In this document: positions 8,033 to 12,382 of the stretch, piece after piece
Layout: each line of letters starts with the position of its first letter
Position numbering within the stretch: position 1 is the stretch's first letter
Origin: Thermoanaerobaculia bacterium
Lineage (GTDB): Bacteria > Acidobacteriota > Thermoanaerobaculia > Multivoradales > UBA5704
Reading direction: 5' to 3'
Length of the DNA: 12,382 bases
Assembly: GCA_044226625.1 (NCBI GenBank)
Contig: JBGAGQ010000113.1
Coordinates: 1-12,382 of the forward strand
Notes under the pieces: model-generated
Databases searched by the model: none
What the model was told of the DNA's origin: nothing
The model's input: the letters and a program-made list of their open reading frames with translations, nothing else
Made by a program: the position numbers and the translations under genes

Positions 8033-10227
8033 ACGCCAACGAACGTCACGAAATCCGCGAGCGCGACCTGCGACGACTGCTCGCCGAAGCTCCGCCGACC
8101 GGGCCCGCGATCGAACCGCCGGACGACCTGCTCGCGAAACTCCAGCAAGAGATTCCCGATTCGATCGAGCTCCATCCCTCCCTCCGCGGAGGCGAGAACG
8201 TCCTGCCGTTCCGGACCCCGATGGATCGGAGGCCGCCTTTCGCCAGTCGACAGGTCTGGCTGATCGCCGCCGGTCTGGTCGCGATGGCCGGAGCGGGCTT
8301 TTTCGCGCTGCGGCTTCGCGAGGCGGTTCCCTTGCCGAAACCTGCAGCAGATACCGAGCGGCTCGACCGCCGGGAACCGCGAGGGACGGAGATTCCGGAG
8401 GGCGGGCCTTCGCCCTCGGAGATTCCACCGAGTCTCGCACCGGGGGGCGCCCCGCCTCCTCCAGCCGCCGTGCCGCCACCGGCCGATTTCAAGTCTCTCG
8501 GCTATCTCGGCGGGCCGCCGAGCGAGCCCGCGCCGCCCGCTCCGAAAATCTGGGTGGGAACCGAAGGGGGCGGATTGAACCTGTCCTCGCCCGATACCGA
8601 GAAGGCCATCCGCCGCCGTCTGGATCAGCTCGACCGGAAGGAGAAGCGCGCAGTGGTGGGTGTCGAAGGAGGGGTCGAAGGTGGAGTCCCCGGCGGGTTG
8701 GTCGGAGGGGTACCGGGAGGTGTAGCGGGCGGAGTCGTCGGCGGGGTTCCGAGCACATCGCTCGCCGACAGCCGCGAAGCGGCGGCTTCCGCCGCGGCCA
8801 AGCCCGCCCCGTCGACGGGCGGCACGGAGGAACCGAACGATCGGCCGTATGGCGACGTCTTCTTCGAGGAAGCGGGCGTGAACCCGTTCGTCGACTCCGA
8901 GGAGGATCGCCTGTCGACCTTCGGCCTGGACGTGGACACGGGCTCGTTCACCGTGATCCGCCGCTTTCTCGAAGACGGCCATCGGCCGCCCGAATCGGCG
9001 GTGCGCCTCGAAGAGGTGGTCAACTTCTTCGACTATGGCGACCCGGCCCCGGCCCAAGGCGATTTCGCCGTCCGCCTCGAAGGCTCGCCGAACCCGTTCG
9101 GGCCGCGGGGAGGCGTCGCCGCGCGCCATCGCCTGCTGCGCGTGGCGATCAAGGCCCGCGAGGTCTCCGCGGACCGGCGCAAGCCTTCGGTGCTCACGTT
9201 CGTGGTCGACGTCTCGGGCTCGATGGATCAGGAGAACCGGCTCGGCTTGGTCAAGCGCGCGCTCTCCCTGTTGATCGGCGAGTTGCGCGAAGACGACCGG
9301 GTGGGCCTCGTGGTCTACGGCAGCGACGCCCGCACGATCCTCGAGCCGACGACCGACCGAAACGCCATCCGAGAAGCGATCGAGCGCCTGCGCGCCGAAG
9401 GAGCGACCAACGCCGAGGCGGGCTTGACCCTGGCCTACGATGTAGCCCGCCGCGCCTATCGCGCCGAGGCGAACAACCGGCTGATCCTCTGCTCGGACGG
9501 CGTAGCGAACGTCGGCGCGACGGGCCCGGAATCGATCCTCCGGAGGATCGGCACGGAGACCCGGCATGGGATCGAGCTGTCGACGGTCGGCTTCGGCATG
9601 GGCAATTACAACGACGTTTTGATGGAACGGCTCGCCGACCGAGGGGATGGCCGCTATGCCTATGTCGACACGATCGAGGAGGCGCGCCGAATTTTCGTCG
9701 AGGGATTGGCCGGCACCCTCCAGACCGTCGCCAAGGACGCCAAGGTGCAGGTGGAATTCGATCCCAAGGTCGTCCAGAGCTGGCGGCTGCTCGGCTACGA
9801 AAACCGCGACATCGCGGACGAGAGATTCCGCGATGACACCGTGGATGCGGGAGACATCGGAGCGGGGCATTCGGTGACGGCCCTGTACGAGGTGAAGCTG
9901 ACCGATCGTCCCGACCGCGGCCGTCCGGTCGCGATGGTCCGTCTACGCTGGTACTCCAAAGCGGGAGAGCGGGTCATCGAATCGGCGCAGGCGTTGCCCG
10001 TCGGGCGCCTCGCCGCACGGTGGCAGGACGCGAGCCCGGCGTTTCGATTGGCGACCCTTGCCGGGCAGTTCGCCGAGATCCTGCGCGGCTCGCATTGGGC
10101 CAAGGGGGAGAGTCCCGCCGAGGTCGCTCGCCTGGCACGCGAGCTGGCCGATCGGACCGAGGGCAAGCTCCGGTCGCAAGCGATCGACCTCGCGACGCTC
10201 GCCGATCTGGCGGCGCGGGCGAAGTAG
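8029..10227 (+). CDS. Membrane-anchored vWA/DUF3520 (YfbK-like) protein with anti-sigma-like N-terminus, 732 aa
   Basis: Start is ATG 8029 (GAGGAG RBS, ATGA overlap with the sigma stop), not 7573. TM helix at aa 76-94. YfbK-type motifs: NPFV..LSTFGLDVDTGS, VRLEEVVNFFDY, MIDAS DVSGS (9208-9222), GATN, CSDGVANVG, GMGNYND.LME.LAD, AKDAKVQVEFDP..RLLGYENR..DAGDIGAGHSVTALYE, FAEILRGS. Confidence 0.9.
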   Translation: MNANERHEIRERDLRRLLAEAPPTGPAIEPPDDLLAKLQQEIPDSIELHPSLRGGENVLPFRTPMDRRPPFASRQVWLIAAGLVAMAGAGFFALRLREAVPLPKPAADTERLDRREPRGTEIPEGGPSPSEIPPSLAPGGAPPPPAAVPPPADFKSLGYLGGPPSEPAPPAPKIWVGTEGGGLNLSSPDTEKAIRRRLDQLDRKEKRAVVGVEGGVEGGVPGGLVGGVPGGVAGGVVGGVPSTSLADSREAAASAAAKPAPSTGGTEEPNDRPYGDVFFEEAGVNPFVDSEEDRLSTFGLDVDTGSFTVIRRFLEDGHRPPESAVRLEEVVNFFDYGDPAPAQGDFAVRLEGSPNPFGPRGGVAARHRLLRVAIKAREVSADRRKPSVLTFVVDVSGSMDQENRLGLVKRALSLLIGELREDDRVGLVVYGSDARTILEPTTDRNAIREAIERLRAEGATNAEAGLTLAYDVARRAYRAEANNRLILCSDGVANVGATGPESILRRIGTETRHGIELSTVGFGMGNYNDVLMERLADRGDGRYAYVDTIEEARRIFVEGLAGTLQTVAKDAKVQVEFDPKVVQSWRLLGYENRDIADERFRDDTVDAGDIGAGHSVTALYEVKLTDRPDRGRPVAMVRLRWYSKAGERVIESAQALPVGRLAARWQDASPAFRLATLAGQFAEILRGSHWAKGESPAEVARLARELADRTEGKLRSQAIDLATLADLAARAK
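8659..8751 (+). repeat. Eight tandem (G)GVx peptide repeats in the linker of the vWA protein
   Basis: GVE-GGVE-GGVP-GGLV-GGVP-GGVA-GGVV-GGVP, with a 12-nt period and varied codons. Confidence 0.85.
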
Positions 10228-10240
10228 CCGGCGGTCCGAG

Positions 10241-11179
10241 CTACCCTTTCCGCACCCTCACGACGGCGCCCGGCTGAGCGTTCGGCCCGGCGCCGTCGAT
10301 TCGCGCTTCGACGAAGACCATGCGCGACGCGGGATCGATCTCCGGAGCGATCCGCTCGATCGTCCCCGCGAGCTCGCCGAGATCGGCTGCCGACGCGACG
10401 ACCGGCTCGTTCAACCGGAGGTGTTTCGCGTCGCTCTGAGGCACCGCGAACCGAACCATCACCCCCCCTTCGGTCACCAAGCGCACGATCGGAGTTCCCG
10501 CTCCCACGGTCGCCCCGGGATCGAGATACCGCTCGGCGACCGTGCCGGCGAAGGGCGCCCGAATCTCGCTCTCGCCGACGGCGATCTCGGTCACCCGGAC
10601 CCGGGCGCGTTCGCCGGCGACCCGGGCGCGCGCCGACTCGAGCGCCGCTTCGGCCTGCTGCTTCTGAATTTCCGCTTGCGCCAGATCCTCTTTGGAGAAC
10701 GACTCGGGGATGGACAGGCGCCTTTTCTGCCGGCTGTCGGCGTCGGCGAGCGCGAGGCTCGCCTGCCGCTCGGCCGCCATCGCCTCGCGGAGCGAGGCGC
10801 GCATCTGATCGAGCTCGCGGGCGAGCGCCGCGGAATCGAGGCGCGCGATCGGCTGTCCCTTCTGCAAGCGATCTCCCGGGCGGACGAACACCGCCTCCAG
10901 ACGACCTCCGGCCGCCGCGGCGACGTTCGTGGCCTGCCGGGGAACCAGCACGCCGAGGTACCCGGTCGCGCGCGGGGAAGAGGCTGAGGCGATGCGCTCG
11001 ACCGAAGAGGAGGCTGCAGGGGTGGGAGCCGGCGCGTCGGTGCGCGGAGCGGGGGCTTCCGCGCCGCAGGCGGCCAGGAGGAGCAGGGCGGCGGATCCGA
11101 TCGATCCCAGGGCGCCGATTCTGCCGATCGTGCCGATGGGACTCTTGGATCCAAGCTTGGGCGTTCGTCGATTGTCCAT
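10241..11179 (-). CDS. Membrane fusion / periplasmic adaptor protein (efflux RND MFP/HlyD-like), lipoprotein
   Basis: Lipobox LAAC. Lipoyl halves GRLEAVFVRPGDRLQKGQPIARLD and IRAPFAGTV...GATV.AG flank a coiled-coil hairpin. Beta-barrel G.IERIAPEIDPASRMVFVEA...PG.VVRV. Confidence 0.88.
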   Translation of the reverse strand: MDNRRTPKLGSKSPIGTIGRIGALGSIGSAALLLLAACGAEAPAPRTDAPAPTPAASSSVERIASASSPRATGYLGVLVPRQATNVAAAAGGRLEAVFVRPGDRLQKGQPIARLDSAALARELDQMRASLREAMAAERQASLALADADSRQKRRLSIPESFSKEDLAQAEIQKQQAEAALESARARVAGERARVRVTEIAVGESEIRAPFAGTVAERYLDPGATVGAGTPIVRLVTEGGVMVRFAVPQSDAKHLRLNEPVVASAADLGELAGTIERIAPEIDPASRMVFVEARIDGAGPNAQPGAVVRVRKG

Positions 11180-11188
11180 ACCGCTCGA

Positions 11189-11235
11189 ATCTTAACTCCG
11201 CCGCGAAAACCGCCCCAAAACGCGCGTGCTAGCAT
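11189..11235. promoter_or_regulatory. Back-to-back divergent -10 elements for the MFP gene and larEB
   Basis: Minus strand TAAGAT (11194-11189) is 9 nt before ATG 11179. Plus strand TG-c-TAGCAT (11227-11235) is 7 nt before GTG 11243. Confidence 0.5.
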
Positions 11236-11242
11236 CCCGGAC

Positions 11243-12070
11243 GTGCGGAACGTCGAAACTTCCTCCCGGCTCGAGCCTCTGATCGACGACCTCGCGGCGC
11301 GCGGCTCGATTCTCGTCGCGTACTCGGGCGGCGTGGACTCCGCGCTGGTGGCCGCACTCGCGGTCCGGGCGGTCGGCGATCGGGCGCTCGCGGTCACCGC
11401 GGCGGCCGAGACGATGGCCGGGGCGGAGCTCGATCACGCCCGAGCCCTCGCCCGAGAGATCGGCATCCGCCACGAAACGACCACCTACAGCGAGCTGTCC
11501 GATCCGCAGTTCGTCGCCAACCCGAGCCACCGCTGTTATGTCTGCCAGGGCATGCGGATGGACGCGATGCTTCGGATCGCCGCCGAGCGCGGCTTTGCCG
11601 TGGTGTGCGACGGTACGAACGCCTCGGATCCCGGCCCCGACCGCCCGGGGCTCGCGGCGATCCGCGAGCGGGCGGTCTACTCCCCGCTTCTCGCCCATGG
11701 AATCGACAAGGAGTCGACCCGCGCGATCGCTCGGAGCCTGGGCCTTTCGGTCTGGGACCGTCCGGCCAACGCCTGCCTCTCCTCGCGTATCCCCCACGGC
11801 CAGCTCGTGACCTTGGGCAAGCTGCGGCGGATCGAAGCCGCCGAGGAGCTCGTCGCCCGGGAAGGTTTCCGCGTCGTCCGCGTGCGCCACGACGCCGCGG
11901 GGGCCCGCGTCGAAGTGGCGGCGGACGAGGTGGAGCGTCTCGCCGAGCTCTGGCCGGCCCTCGAAGAGCCGCTCCGTGGCCTCGGCTTCGCGCGAGTGAG
12001 CTTCGACCCGGCGGGATACCGTCGCGGCGGCGCCGATCTCTCCGCCCCTTCCGAGATACCGATCGCGTGA
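11243..12070 (+). CDS. larE: ATP-dependent sulfur transferase LarE (nickel-pincer nucleotide cofactor biosynthesis)
   Basis: PP-loop VAYSGGVDS, NP..RCYVC, DGTNASD...RPG, SPL, ACLSSRIPHG, IEAAEE...GFR.VRVRH. Confidence 0.93.
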   Translation: MRNVETSSRLEPLIDDLAARGSILVAYSGGVDSALVAALAVRAVGDRALAVTAAAETMAGAELDHARALAREIGIRHETTTYSELSDPQFVANPSHRCYVCQGMRMDAMLRIAAERGFAVVCDGTNASDPGPDRPGLAAIRERAVYSPLLAHGIDKESTRAIARSLGLSVWDRPANACLSSRIPHGQLVTLGKLRRIEAAEELVAREGFRVVRVRHDAAGARVEVAADEVERLAELWPALEEPLRGLGFARVSFDPAGYRRGGADLSAPSEIPIA

Positions 12071-12382
12071 ATCGCGACCAGCTTTCCGCGCTGCTCGCCG
12101 ACGTGGCGGCCGGCACGACCGCTCCCGACGTGGCTCTCGAGCAGTTGGCCGAGCTACCCTACGCGGACCTCGGGTTCGCGCGCCTCGACTTCCATCGCGA
12201 GCTGCGCAACGGCCTGCCCGAGGCGGTCTACGCCGAGGGGAAGACGCCGGAGGACCTGCGGAAGATCGCCACTCGTTTCGTCGAGGCGCACGGCCGATTG
12301 CTCGTCACCCGCCTCGCTCCCGCGGCGGCCGAGGCGCTTCTGGCGGACCATCCGAACGCCACCTACCACGCGCGAGCCCGGG
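12067..12382 (+). CDS. larB: Nickel-pincer cofactor biosynthesis protein LarB (AIR-carboxylase-like), 5' part
   Basis: GTGA overlap with the larE stop. Reads MNRDQLSALLADVAAG...LPYADLGFARLDFHRELRNGLPEAVYAEGKTPEDL...LLVTR, matching the LarB N-terminal pattern. Open to the window end. Not in the ORF track. Confidence 0.92.
   Translation, partial: MNRDQLSALLADVAAGTTAPDVALEQLAELPYADLGFARLDFHRELRNGLPEAVYAEGKTPEDLRKIATRFVEAHGRLLVTRLAPAAAEALLADHPNATYHARAR

Noticed and set aside
8659-8751. Possible CRISPR array or DNA tandem repeat
   Set aside because: A 12-nt codon-level periodicity inside a CDS, with no identical repeats or spacers.
7981-9870. 629-aa minus-strand ORF
   Set aside because: Antisense shadow of the vWA gene with no family motifs.
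10058-12369. Overlapping alternative ORFs (10058-10987, 10591-11397, 11192-11890, 11394-12116, 12154-12369)
   Set aside because: Out-of-frame or antisense to the well-supported MFP, larE and larB genes, with no recognisable motifs.

Overview
High-GC bacterial window; the host is uncertain but Acidobacteriota/Myxococcota-like by inference. From left to right it holds: the 5' part of rpsU (S21, missed by the ORF track); a secreted lamin-tail/CotH-kinase multidomain protein; a ydcSTUV-type polyamine ABC importer (minus strand); a divergent ECF sigma factor translationally coupled to a membrane-anchored anti-sigma-like/vWA (YfbK-type) protein; an orphan lipoprotein membrane-fusion protein; and larE plus the 5' part of larB (nickel-pincer cofactor synthesis; larB was also missed by the ORF track). 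I found no mobile element, CRISPR array, tRNA or rRNA. The best candidate for a little-characterised system is the ECF sigma plus anti-sigma/TM/(GGVx)n/vWA receptor pair, with an atypical candidate autoregulated promoter. Next are the CotH kinase with an altered ATP-binding motif and a possibly switchable ydcS 5' leader. All family calls come from motif recognition by eye, not database searches.
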